From Candidatus Woesearchaeota archaeon (GTDB lineage: Archaea; Nanobdellota; Nanobdellia; Woesearchaeales; UBA10216), in contig JACPBZ010000026.1 of the NCBI GenBank assembly GCA_016180105.1, forward strand, positions 1 to 57,206: a stretch of DNA of 57,206 bases. The letters are read 5' to 3'. The notes under the pieces were generated by a model. The model saw nothing but the letters and a program-made list of their open reading frames with translations, ran no database searches and was not told the origin of the DNA. The position numbers and the translations under genes are program-made. Below, piece by piece: positions 39,295-47,417 of this stretch; the first letter of the stretch is position 1, and the number at the start of each line of letters is the position of its first letter.

Positions 39295-42090
39295 CTATCT
39301 GCTGCTTATCCAGCTCAGTGCTTTTATTATCTGTCCTGTGACTGCTGTGAGAGCCTCTCCTCCGCCTCCTCCACTGCCTGAACTGGCGTCGCTGCCCCCG
39401 CCCTCGCTTCCGCTGTCTGGGCTGTCGTGGCCGCCTTCTGCTCCTCCGCTGCTTTCGCCGCTAGGATAGCTTCCTCTTTCACCTCCATCATTGCCTTCCC
39501 CGCCTGATGGATATGGCCCTTCGCGGGGGTAGTCTTGTTCGTTGCGGAAGCCGTCGCTTTCTGGCTGTTGTGATGGGAACTGCTCCCTGGGCATTTCCCC
39601 GGGAAATTCCTTGAATGTGCCTTCTGGTTCGCGTCTTGCTGGCTCTCCGAATGGTTGTCTTTCCATTCGCTGGGGCCCCCGCCTTTCAGCGGGAAATGAT
39701 GACTGCCCAAACTCGCGGTTGTCGCCTTCAAAGTTTTTCCCTTCAGCTCCTGGTGGTGGGGTGCGCTCTGACATTTTTTGCCTGCAATCGTCGTCTGATA
39801 GCCCTGTGCAGGGGTTTTCGAATTCTCGCCCTTCCCTGCCTTCAAACCTGTCTCCTTCGCCTCTTGAGTCGAATTTGGCTTTGCAGTCTTCTTCGCTCAG
39901 TTCCTGGCAGTCTGGTGGAATGCCTCTTTCACCGCCCATCCCGTCTTCGAATCGTCTTCCTTCGCCAGGCTCCCCGAATCTGTCTCTTGGCTTCTGCTGG
40001 CATTCATTCTCGGATAGCCCTTCGCAATCCATTCGGTTTTGGTCCTGTTCTTGCCTTTCGCGTTCAAACCTTTCATTCAGTCCTTTCATGCACTCTTCCC
40101 TTTCCAGTCCTTCGCATTCTGGCGGCTTGAACCTTTCAAACATTTTCTTTTCGCAGTCCTCCCTCGCGAGGCCTTCGCATTCGTTTCCGAAGCCTTCTCC
40201 GTCTCTTCCTCCAAATCCTTGGAATTCACCGCTACCGGTGTTTCCGCCTCTTTCCCTTATGATTGCTTCGCATTCCTCTTTTGTGGTTGCTTCCTGGCAT
40301 TCGACTGGCCCGAATTTTTTCATCATTATGAGTTCGCATTGGGAAGGTTCAAGTCCTGCGCATTCCGCGGGCACTCCTCCTGGGACGCCTCTTCCCGCAA
40401 ATGCTTCCCGGCACTTGTCAGGGTTTTCAGCGCATTCTGGGGGCATTCCGGTTTGCTCTCGCATTTTTTTCCTGCACTCTTCAGGGCTCAGTCCTACGCA
40501 GTTTATCGGCGGCCCTTGCCCTTGGCTTGGTGGTTGTTTTCTTATTTCCTCAAAGCATTCGTCCGTGCTTAATCCTTCGCATTGCGGTGGCGTGCCGTGA
40601 AGTTCCATCATTACCACGAAACAGTCCTTGCCGGTCACGCCTTTTTCCTTGCATTCCGGAGGCTCTTCCCTGGCTGGGCCTTGTCCTTCATTTCCGGGCC
40701 CGCGCTTCATCATTTCCTTGAAGCAGTCGTCATTGCTCAGCCCTTCGCATTCCGGGGGCGTGCCGAATTTGGAAGTCATTATGTCAAAGCATTGCCTTGG
40801 TTCTGTTGCTCCGGCATCCTGGCACTCTTTTGGCATTGCATTTTGCATCGCATCCGGCCTTTCGTGGCGCATCAGCTTCATGCACTCCCTTGTGTCCAAT
40901 CCTTCGCATTGCGGTGGCGTTCCGTACTTGCTGAACATCAGCTCTGCGCACTCAATTGGCTGCTGCACGCCGGCCTCCACGCATTCAGGCGGAAAATTGG
41001 GCTTCTCGTTCGGAGGGTTGCGTTTCACGAATTCCATGCATTCCTCGTCGCTGAGGCCCTCGCATTGAACTGGCGTTCCGTAGAGGTCCTTCATTATCAC
41101 GAAGCATTCCTTGAAGTCGCTCACGCTGGCGCATTCCGGCGGCCTGAATTTCTCAAACATCTGCTGTTCTTTCTGCCTTAAGGTGTCAAGCACAGTTGCC
41201 TTGCCCTCCTCGCCAACAAATTCGGGCAGGAAGTCTTCAATGCTTTCAGAGCTGAGTTCGGCGCAGGCATCGTGGTCGTTCTCATACTCGCACCGTATGG
41301 CCAGGGCCTTTTTCACTTCGCAGCTTTGGCTGTGCTTCCCCACCGGTATCTGGCTGCAGTCACATTGCTTCGGGTCAACTATGCATTGCCCAACCGTGTC
41401 AAGAATCTGGCTTCTTGCGTTGTCTTCCCTTGACTTGAACTCGCCTTCAACCCTTTCCTTGAGCCATTGCGGGGCTTTTTCAATTTGGCAGAGCTCATCT
41501 TGCTTCATTATGTCGAAGTCCTGCTTTGCAATGGCATCGCAGTACGACAGCCTGCTTTTTGAGACAAGCAGGGCCACCCTGACTTTTTCCTCTTCGCTGA
41601 GCTGTGCGTCAATGGCTTTCTCGACGCCTTCCCAGCCCTGGTCCGGCAGTTTTTCCTGCAGTCCCGCCAGGAGCTTTGTAGCCCTTCTTACTTTCTCATT
41701 TGTCTCCTTTTCAAGTTCCGGCGCAAGGTCTGTTTGGGCCTGCTCGGAGGCCTTGGTTGCAAGCTCAAGGGCGTCAATAGCGGCTTCCGGCTTTTTCTTG
41801 TCCATCATTACCGCAGCTTCTGCTATTCTTTCCTCTTTTATCTCGAACGCTTTCTTGTTTTTGTCCTCGCCTTTCGCTAGCGAGAGCTGGATATCATCAA
41901 CGACCTTGTCAAATATGTAAAGCGGGCTGTCGGGAGTTACGCCGCCAGCGCTATCTTCTGCAACAATTTCTTCCTCAAGCAGGACTTCTTCCTCTTCCTC
42001 CTGGGCGGCAGCAAAAACTGACAGAAGCGCAAACGCAACGACAGCAAATGTTGTGATGCTTGCTCTAAGAAACTCTCCCTCTTTTCTCAT
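39295..42090 (-). CDS. 931-aa exported protein with DUF5667-like domain and 17 two-Cys repeats
   Basis: Start re-called at ATG 42090 (signal peptide); GVTPDSPLY..EERIAE; PPECEGLSxxEC repeats; acidic Gly-rich tail. Confidence 0.75.
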   Translation of the reverse strand: MRKEGEFLRASITTFAVVAFALLSVFAAAQEEEEEVLLEEEIVAEDSAGGVTPDSPLYIFDKVVDDIQLSLAKGEDKNKKAFEIKEERIAEAAVMMDKKKPEAAIDALELATKASEQAQTDLAPELEKETNEKVRRATKLLAGLQEKLPDQGWEGVEKAIDAQLSEEEKVRVALLVSKSRLSYCDAIAKQDFDIMKQDELCQIEKAPQWLKERVEGEFKSREDNARSQILDTVGQCIVDPKQCDCSQIPVGKHSQSCEVKKALAIRCEYENDHDACAELSSESIEDFLPEFVGEEGKATVLDTLRQKEQQMFEKFRPPECASVSDFKECFVIMKDLYGTPVQCEGLSDEECMEFVKRNPPNEKPNFPPECVEAGVQQPIECAELMFSKYGTPPQCEGLDTRECMKLMRHERPDAMQNAMPKECQDAGATEPRQCFDIMTSKFGTPPECEGLSNDDCFKEMMKRGPGNEGQGPAREEPPECKEKGVTGKDCFVVMMELHGTPPQCEGLSTDECFEEIRKQPPSQGQGPPINCVGLSPEECRKKMREQTGMPPECAENPDKCREAFAGRGVPGGVPAECAGLEPSQCELIMMKKFGPVECQEATTKEECEAIIRERGGNTGSGEFQGFGGRDGEGFGNECEGLAREDCEKKMFERFKPPECEGLEREECMKGLNERFERERQEQDQNRMDCEGLSENECQQKPRDRFGEPGEGRRFEDGMGGERGIPPDCQELSEEDCKAKFDSRGEGDRFEGREGREFENPCTGLSDDDCRQKMSERTPPPGAEGKNFEGDNREFGQSSFPAERRGPQRMERQPFGEPARREPEGTFKEFPGEMPREQFPSQQPESDGFRNEQDYPREGPYPSGGEGNDGGERGSYPSGESSGGAEGGHDSPDSGSEGGGSDASSGSGGGGGEALTAVTGQIIKALSWISSR

Positions 42091-42168
42091 TATGGTCGTG
42101 TTTTCCCAGCTGCAATATTTAAACCTTTTGAAAAAGCTTTTAAGCAAGAACGTTCCAGGGTCAAGTTT

Positions 42169-43335
42169 ATGAAAAAAGAGGTGGCGGCAGACCTTTTTTT
42201 CCTGGCTGTTGCCTTGGTGATTTTTGCTGTTCTCGTGGGAGGGCAGGTTCCGGCTCCAAAGCCGGTCGTTGAGGCAAAGTGCCACGATACGGGCAGCTTC
42301 AGTGTTTCGAACCTGGAAGACCGGGCTAAATCTGTTGCCGTAAAGAAGAGTGGCGGGTCATCTTCTGCTGTTTCCGGTTCCTGGCGGGAAATGTCAACTG
42401 GATTGTACAAGTTCACTTCTGACGATATGGCAGTCGTTGACGTGAAGGGTGGCTACTACACTGCAGTTGTTGACAAGAAGAGCTATGGAATGACCTGCCC
42501 CGCATTTGAATTCAGTTGCAAGCTTATCAACATCACTGTTAATAGCTGTTACAAGCGCAATGACTCTTTTGTCGCCAAGTATACGGCATACAGCTACCGC
42601 TACGATAAGAAGAACGAGTTCAGGTTTGAAAAGCCTTTTATGCTGGGTTATGAGGCGGTTGCCAATGTCGATGGCAGGAAGAAGGAGCTTGAGCATTCCC
42701 CAATTGCGGTCAGCCCTGAGTTCAAGACTATTAACATTAGCCGTATTAAGATGGTCGGCTCGAACACTTACACGTTGCGCTGGACAACCCCTCTCAACAT
42801 TACGAAGTTTGTGGTGCGCTATGACGACTGCGAAACGGCAAAATACGCCTTTTACGACTCTTTTGAGTGCACTGACAGGCCTTTCTGCGCTCGTGACGGC
42901 GATTGCCTGCAGTCAGAGCGCTGTGATGACAATCGTTGCATTCCAATCAGCTGCGCAGCCTGCCAGTACGTTGCCAACCACACCTGCGCGGATTACGACT
43001 GCTGCACCGATAATGACTGTGATGAGGGCTTTGTCTGCGGCACCGGCAGCAGGTGTGAGCCATTGTCGTGCGGGTTCAATGAGTACGTTTCAGGCCACGG
43101 CTGTGAGCCCTTGGAATGCGGCGAGGATGAGTACGTTTTCAATGGTAGCTGCAGCAAGCTGAACTGCGCCCAGGATGAGCTCGCAATTAATCACGCGTGC
43201 AAAAAAATTGAATGTCAGGACAGCGAGGTTGCCAGGGACGGCGTCTGCCAGAAGCTGAAGTGCGGCTTCCTGAAGAAGGCAAAGAATCACGGCTGCGTGA
43301 GCTTTTTCTCATTCAAGGCAGGTAGAAACACTTAA
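42169..43335 (+). CDS. membrane-anchored protein with Cys-rich (EGF/EB-like) C-terminal repeats
   Basis: N-terminal TM; CxxxExxxxxxCxxLxC repeats. Confidence 0.7.
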   Translation: MKKEVAADLFFLAVALVIFAVLVGGQVPAPKPVVEAKCHDTGSFSVSNLEDRAKSVAVKKSGGSSSAVSGSWREMSTGLYKFTSDDMAVVDVKGGYYTAVVDKKSYGMTCPAFEFSCKLINITVNSCYKRNDSFVAKYTAYSYRYDKKNEFRFEKPFMLGYEAVANVDGRKKELEHSPIAVSPEFKTINISRIKMVGSNTYTLRWTTPLNITKFVVRYDDCETAKYAFYDSFECTDRPFCARDGDCLQSERCDDNRCIPISCAACQYVANHTCADYDCCTDNDCDEGFVCGTGSRCEPLSCGFNEYVSGHGCEPLECGEDEYVFNGSCSKLNCAQDELAINHACKKIECQDSEVARDGVCQKLKCGFLKKAKNHGCVSFFSFKAGRNT

Positions 43336-43362
43336 AAAGAACCTGTCGGTTCTCATCTTCAT

Positions 43363-43477
43363 AGCCCTGTAGTGTAGCGGTCAAGCACGGCAGGCTCTGG
43401 CCCTGCAAACCCTGGTTCGAATGTTGGCGCATGGCGGCAACACGCCAAGCGTTAGCGCGGATGTCCGGGCGGGGCTA
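43363..43477 (+). tRNA. tRNA-Gln(CTG) with T-loop intron 43422-43463
   Basis: AGCCCTG/CGGGGCT acceptor (A1-U72), GCAGG-CTCTGGC-CCTGC; removing 42 nt restores TTCGAAT. Confidence 0.92.
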
Positions 43478-43903
43478 TTTTTTCTTCAGCCAATCAATTA
43501 ACTCTTTTGAAACCTTATCCCAGAATTCTGCTATTTCTTGCGCTTGGTCGGGGCGCACAATTCCTCCTCTATACTCCTCATCATGTCTTATCCTTCTAAA
43601 CATGTCAATTTTTCGAAGTTCAAAATTTAGCTTTACATTAGCACCTTCTAGTATGCGTATGCTTGCCTCATGTGAGCGGGGTTCATAGCCACTCTTCCAC
43701 CATGCAGCATCTCCCAGTTGTCTGAATGCGTCATAAAATGACTTGAAAATGTTTGCCGCGGTTTCTTCTTTGATTGGTATACTTTTTCCAAAATTGGCGT
43801 TACGAACTGCAGCACCTATTAATGATTCTGCCCTAAGTAGATCAGGTGTTCGTTTCCATAATTCCTTTCTTTCAAGGTAGGATTTTATTTCTTCCTCGTT
43901 CAT
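43475..43903 (-). CDS. HEPN-domain protein
   Basis: YDAFRQL..GYEPRSHEASI..RRIRHDEEY; coupled to the MNT gene. Confidence 0.78.
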   Translation of the reverse strand: MNEEEIKSYLERKELWKRTPDLLRAESLIGAAVRNANFGKSIPIKEETAANIFKSFYDAFRQLGDAAWWKSGYEPRSHEASIRILEGANVKLNFELRKIDMFRRIRHDEEYRGGIVRPDQAQEIAEFWDKVSKELIDWLKKK

Positions 43904-44481
43904 AATCTCACCTCCAAGACTCCAGAAAGAACTATGCCGTTTGCTAGGTTTGTGAACAGATTTAAGTCAATACTCTTTCTATTAAAAGTTAGAATATGGA
44001 TTTTTCGGTCGATGGCTTTTTCATAAGCGTCAATTCCATCTGGCCTCACAGATGTTACACTCACATCTTCGGTTGTTTCAATAGCTATATCTATGTCTGA
44101 ATCAGACCTGTCCTGTCCCCATCTGTAACTTCCGAAAAGGATAATGGTTTTGGGATGGTTGAGTGATTCATCTAGGAATTCAACTAGTCCGCTTTCATAA
44201 ACTACGTTGAGGTTGTGAACTATTTTTCTTTTAATAAATTGATAGCTTTCAGTTTTAGCCTTTATCCTGAAAACTACGCCCTGATTTACGGTTACAATTT
44301 CGTTCTCTTCAAGAACCCCTAAAAATCGGTTCATAGTACTCTTCGATATGCCTGCCGCTGAGGCAAGTTCAGTAAGACTGAACTCGGTTTCAGGAAAGTT
44401 ATATAGAACTGAAAGTACATCTCGGAGTTTGTTTCTTTCCAGCCATAAGAGTTCTTTTTTTGAAACGCTTGTTCTTTTCAT
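43900..44481 (-). CDS. HTH plus MNT antitoxin
   Basis: FSLTELASAAGISKST; LFGSYRWG...SDIDIAI. Confidence 0.88.
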   Translation of the reverse strand: MKRTSVSKKELLWLERNKLRDVLSVLYNFPETEFSLTELASAAGISKSTMNRFLGVLEENEIVTVNQGVVFRIKAKTESYQFIKRKIVHNLNVVYESGLVEFLDESLNHPKTIILFGSYRWGQDRSDSDIDIAIETTEDVSVTSVRPDGIDAYEKAIDRKIHILTFNRKSIDLNLFTNLANGIVLSGVLEVRL

Positions 44482-44497
44482 AGAACGAGTGTTCTAT
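44480..44497 (-). promoter_or_regulatory. putative MNT autorepression operator
   Basis: ATAGAAC-N4-GTTCTAT overlapping the start codon, just downstream of TTTAAAT. Confidence 0.6.
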
Positions 44498-44505
44498 CTG
44501 TGGAA

Positions 44506-44966
44506 CTATTTAAATCTTTTGTAAGTGCACTGCACAAGTCCTGACTTGAATTTCTTGATGCCGTCTAGTTTTAGCCAGTGTTGCTTTTTGATTCCTGTGA
44601 AAAGTGGTATTCCCTTCCCAAGTATTACTGGGTGGATTGAAATGACATACTCGTCAATTAAGTCTGCGTTGAGTAGGTCTTTAGCAGTTTCTTTGTTAGT
44701 TCTACTCCGTCTTTGGCAAATTCAACTCTTGAATCTGGCTTGTTATTCTTTCTTGAGAGAACGTAGGTCTTCTTCCCAGTATGCGGCCACGAATCAAAGC
44801 TAAGGCTAAGTTCGTATGTTTTTCTTCCCATTATGATGGCATCAACACTTTTGTAGAATTTGGAGTAGCCGTAGTCGCCATCGCTAAATAGCCAGTCTAT
44901 CTCTCCTTTTGGCCCTGCAATGTATCCATCAAGGCTGCAGGCTATGAATAAGTTGACTTTGCGCAT
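44506..44966 (-). pseudogene. DHFR/RibD-C family reductase, frameshifted at about 44677
   Basis: IACSLDGYIA..IMGRKTYE; LIDEYVISIHPVILGKGIPLF in another frame; the DIWLVGG-type segment is missing. Confidence 0.8.
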
Positions 44967-44996
44967 TAGGATATAAGAGAAGGTAGAAATATAAAA

Positions 44997-45221
44997 CTAG
45001 CGTTTGCTTCGCATCCTTCTCTCAGAAATTTCCTTGGTTGGCGGGTTCCTGTTCTGCTTGAGGAAGCGGTCAATCCTGTCCTGGTCAGCCTGCTTTTGCT
45101 TGTTCTGCTCCTCATTGAGGTCAGGCATGGCTATGTCCACGGTTGCCGGCTTGTCCTTCTGGAACTTCGCATACCTCAGCGCTTTTGCGCTGATTTTCTT
45201 TTCCTTCTTTCTTTTGCCCAT
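44997..45221 (-). CDS. 74-aa basic hypothetical protein
   Basis: ATG 45221 (MGKRKKEKK...), TTTATAAA 26 nt upstream. Confidence 0.6.
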   Translation of the reverse strand: MGKRKKEKKISAKALRYAKFQKDKPATVDIAMPDLNEEQNKQKQADQDRIDRFLKQNRNPPTKEISERRMRSKR

Positions 45222-45265
45222 TTTCGGTTTTCGAATTAGCTTCCCATTTATAAAACTTTTTCCTT

Positions 45266-45982
45266 CTATGGACCCATCAGGCTTCCAGCGAACGCCAGGT
45301 TGGCAATCTTGGCAAGGTTGTTGGTGAATACAAGTATGCCAAGGATTATCAGGATGATGCCTGCAACTATGCTTACGTATTTCATCACGTTCTGGTATTT
45401 GCTTATCGCTGCCGCTGCCTGTGACGTGAATAGCCCTACAATGAGAAATGGCAATCCCAGGCCCAGCGCGTAAGAAAACAGCATCCCGAAGGCTATTGTC
45501 GGTTGTGTCAGCGCAAGGGTCAGTATTGCTCCAAGGATTGCCCCTACACACGGCGTCCAGCCCACCGCAAATGCGGCCCCGAAAATGAACGATGCGAAAT
45601 GGCTTGGTTTTAGCCCTTTCAGCTTCAGCTTGTGCTCCTGCTGCAGGAACTGCGGCTTTATGATGCCGAGAAGCACAAGGCCGAACAGGATTATCACTAC
45701 GCCTCCAATTTTTCCCAGCAAGTCCCTGAGCGTGTACGAGATGTTCAGGAGCACGCTGTTGATTAGCGCTCCCAGCAAGGCAAACACTAGGGTGAAGCCC
45801 AGGACGAACAGCAGCGTGTTGAGGAAAATTGCGGCTTTGGCTTTTTTCGCGTCTTTTTTCGTTTCTGCAGCTGTGGTGCCTGAAAGGTATGCCACGAATG
45901 CTGGCACCAGTGGAAGGACGCAGGGTGACAGGAAGGATGCCAGGCCGGCAGCGAATGCAACAAGGAGTGTGACTTCGCTCAT
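45266..45982 (-). CDS. ccdA: CcdA/DsbD-beta thiol-disulfide transporter
   Basis: SFLSPCVLPLVP and GWTPCVGAILG. Confidence 0.93.
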   Translation of the reverse strand: MSEVTLLVAFAAGLASFLSPCVLPLVPAFVAYLSGTTAAETKKDAKKAKAAIFLNTLLFVLGFTLVFALLGALINSVLLNISYTLRDLLGKIGGVVIILFGLVLLGIIKPQFLQQEHKLKLKGLKPSHFASFIFGAAFAVGWTPCVGAILGAILTLALTQPTIAFGMLFSYALGLGLPFLIVGLFTSQAAAAISKYQNVMKYVSIVAGIILIILGILVFTNNLAKIANLAFAGSLMGP

Positions 45983-46071
45983 TCCTCCACCGCCTTTTTC
46001 AGCGCTTCAGCTGCACCGCATCCAGCTATGGCAAGTAGCAGTAGAAGTACGATTGCTGCCTCTGTTTTCAT
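45979..46071 (-). pseudogene. 30-aa lipoprotein ORF, probably a redoxin gene missing its core
   Basis: MKTEAAIVLLLLLAIAGC-GAAEALKKAVEE; lipobox; ATGA overlap with ccdA. Confidence 0.45.
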
Positions 46072-46110
46072 GATGCGGAAAGAATCTTGATCGTATTTAT
46101 TCTTTTTGCT

Positions 46111-46149
46111 TTACTTCGGCTTCTTGTGCTTTGCGCAAGTGGTGCACAT
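46111..46149 (-). CDS. 12-aa CxxC micro-ORF MCTTCAKHKKPK
   Basis: GAGGTGA SD 6 nt upstream; TTTAAA box at 46186-46191. Confidence 0.4.
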   Translation of the reverse strand: MCTTCAKHKKPK

Positions 46150-46276
46150 CTTCTATCACCTCGATAGGTGCCTTTATTTTTCTTCTTTAAATCGTTTTCG
46201 TTTGAAACTGCAATCTTCAGGATTGGCCTGCGTGCTGTCAAAAACTTTAAATAACTGTTGCCGTGAAATTTGGCTT

Positions 46277-46753
46277 ATGCCTTTGAGACAGCCTGAGTCA
46301 ATGGATGAGTGCGTTTACTTCACTCAGCGCTCCCTCGACGGTGGGAAGGGCAGCGTGAAAGTGTGGGTTTTCAAGCAGACCTGCCCTAAGTGCAAGAAGG
46401 CAACTATGGGCAAGCCCAAGGACAGCAAGGGCAAGGTCAAGACTCGCGCAGCGGAATACGTTTGCCCGGGCTGCGGCCATTCTGTTGAGAAGAAGGCTTA
46501 CGAGGACTCCCTCACGGCAAACGCAGAGTACCGCTGCCCGGCTTGCGGCAGTGATGGGGAAGCTCAAACGCCTTTCAAGAGGAAGAATGTTGAGGGCATT
46601 CCCACTCTTCGGTTTAATTGCTCCAAGTGCAGCGCCAACATAGACGTCACGAAGAAGCTGAAGGAGAAGCCCACTTTGACATCAGTCGAAGGGGCCCCGT
46701 CGCAGCAGCGACGTGGGAAGGGAAATGGCGCAGAGTCGCTTGACGATGGCTAG
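46277..46753 (+). CDS. multi zinc-ribbon protein
   Basis: Four CxxC pairs (CPKC, CPGC, CPAC, CSKC); ATG 46277 downstream of a TTTAAAT box. Confidence 0.75.
   Translation: MPLRQPESMDECVYFTQRSLDGGKGSVKVWVFKQTCPKCKKATMGKPKDSKGKVKTRAAEYVCPGCGHSVEKKAYEDSLTANAEYRCPACGSDGEAQTPFKRKNVEGIPTLRFNCSKCSANIDVTKKLKEKPTLTSVEGAPSQQRRGKGNGAESLDDG
46670..46719 (+). repeat. in-frame double-hairpin palindromic insertion
   Basis: CTTTGAC-ATCA-GTCGAAG followed by CCCCGTCGC-AGCA-GCGACGTGGG. Confidence 0.7.
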
Positions 46754-46805
46754 TGAGTATATCGATTAAGCTTAAATACGTGTTTCATGTTCTCCTTTTT
46801 TTTAG

Positions 46806-47393
46806 ATGGGCTGCATTTCAGTTAGGCTGCTTAAGCCTCAGGATGCTGAGGTCGCCGGTGGGATAGTGGGCGTAGCGCACAGTATTTTTGAGGACCTCGG
46901 TGCTTACGAAGGTGCTGCTTGGATTTCTGGGGATTTCATTCCATCCCTCAAGAGGCGCATTGAGCTAGGCGAAGTTGTAGTGGGCGCCGAAGCCTGTGGC
47001 GGGCTTGTTGGGGTTTATGAGTTGCCTGTTTTTTTGAGGAGAGGGCAAGTAATCGAAAACCCTGGGGAAAGCTGGGGTTGGTTGGCAACTTCTGTTCACG
47101 GCCAGGGAATCGGCTCTGCATTGATGGAGCGGTTGGCGGCTGTTTTTGGCTATGCGGCCAATGTTGCGCACACGGAAGAGCTTATTCATACGGAGCAGGC
47201 AACAAACAGCATGAATAAGCGGTTTTTTGTGAGAAATGGCTATACGGTGATTGATGAAAAAGACAGGGTTCGTCACGTGTTTTATCTTTGCCAGCGTTCA
47301 TTTCCCGCTTCGGACGGGCATCAGCTTTCTGCTCTTGAGCGGGAAATAGCCCGGGCAATTTTGGAGCCTTCGCTTCAGAGGCAAACTATTTAA
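46806..47393 (+). CDS. GNAT-family acetyltransferase
   Basis: VHGQGIGSALM acetyl-CoA motif A; N..FFVRNGY. Confidence 0.75.
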   Translation: MGCISVRLLKPQDAEVAGGIVGVAHSIFEDLGAYEGAAWISGDFIPSLKRRIELGEVVVGAEACGGLVGVYELPVFLRRGQVIENPGESWGWLATSVHGQGIGSALMERLAAVFGYAANVAHTEELIHTEQATNSMNKRFFVRNGYTVIDEKDRVRHVFYLCQRSFPASDGHQLSALEREIARAILEPSLQRQTI

Positions 47394-47417
47394 ACAATTC
47401 CGGTTCCTTTTTTCTTT

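Noticed and set aside
39542..41920. Long + strand ORFs (352, 269, 199 aa and others)
   Set aside because: Antisense shadows of the repetitive 931-aa gene; Ser/Pro/Phe-rich with no motifs.
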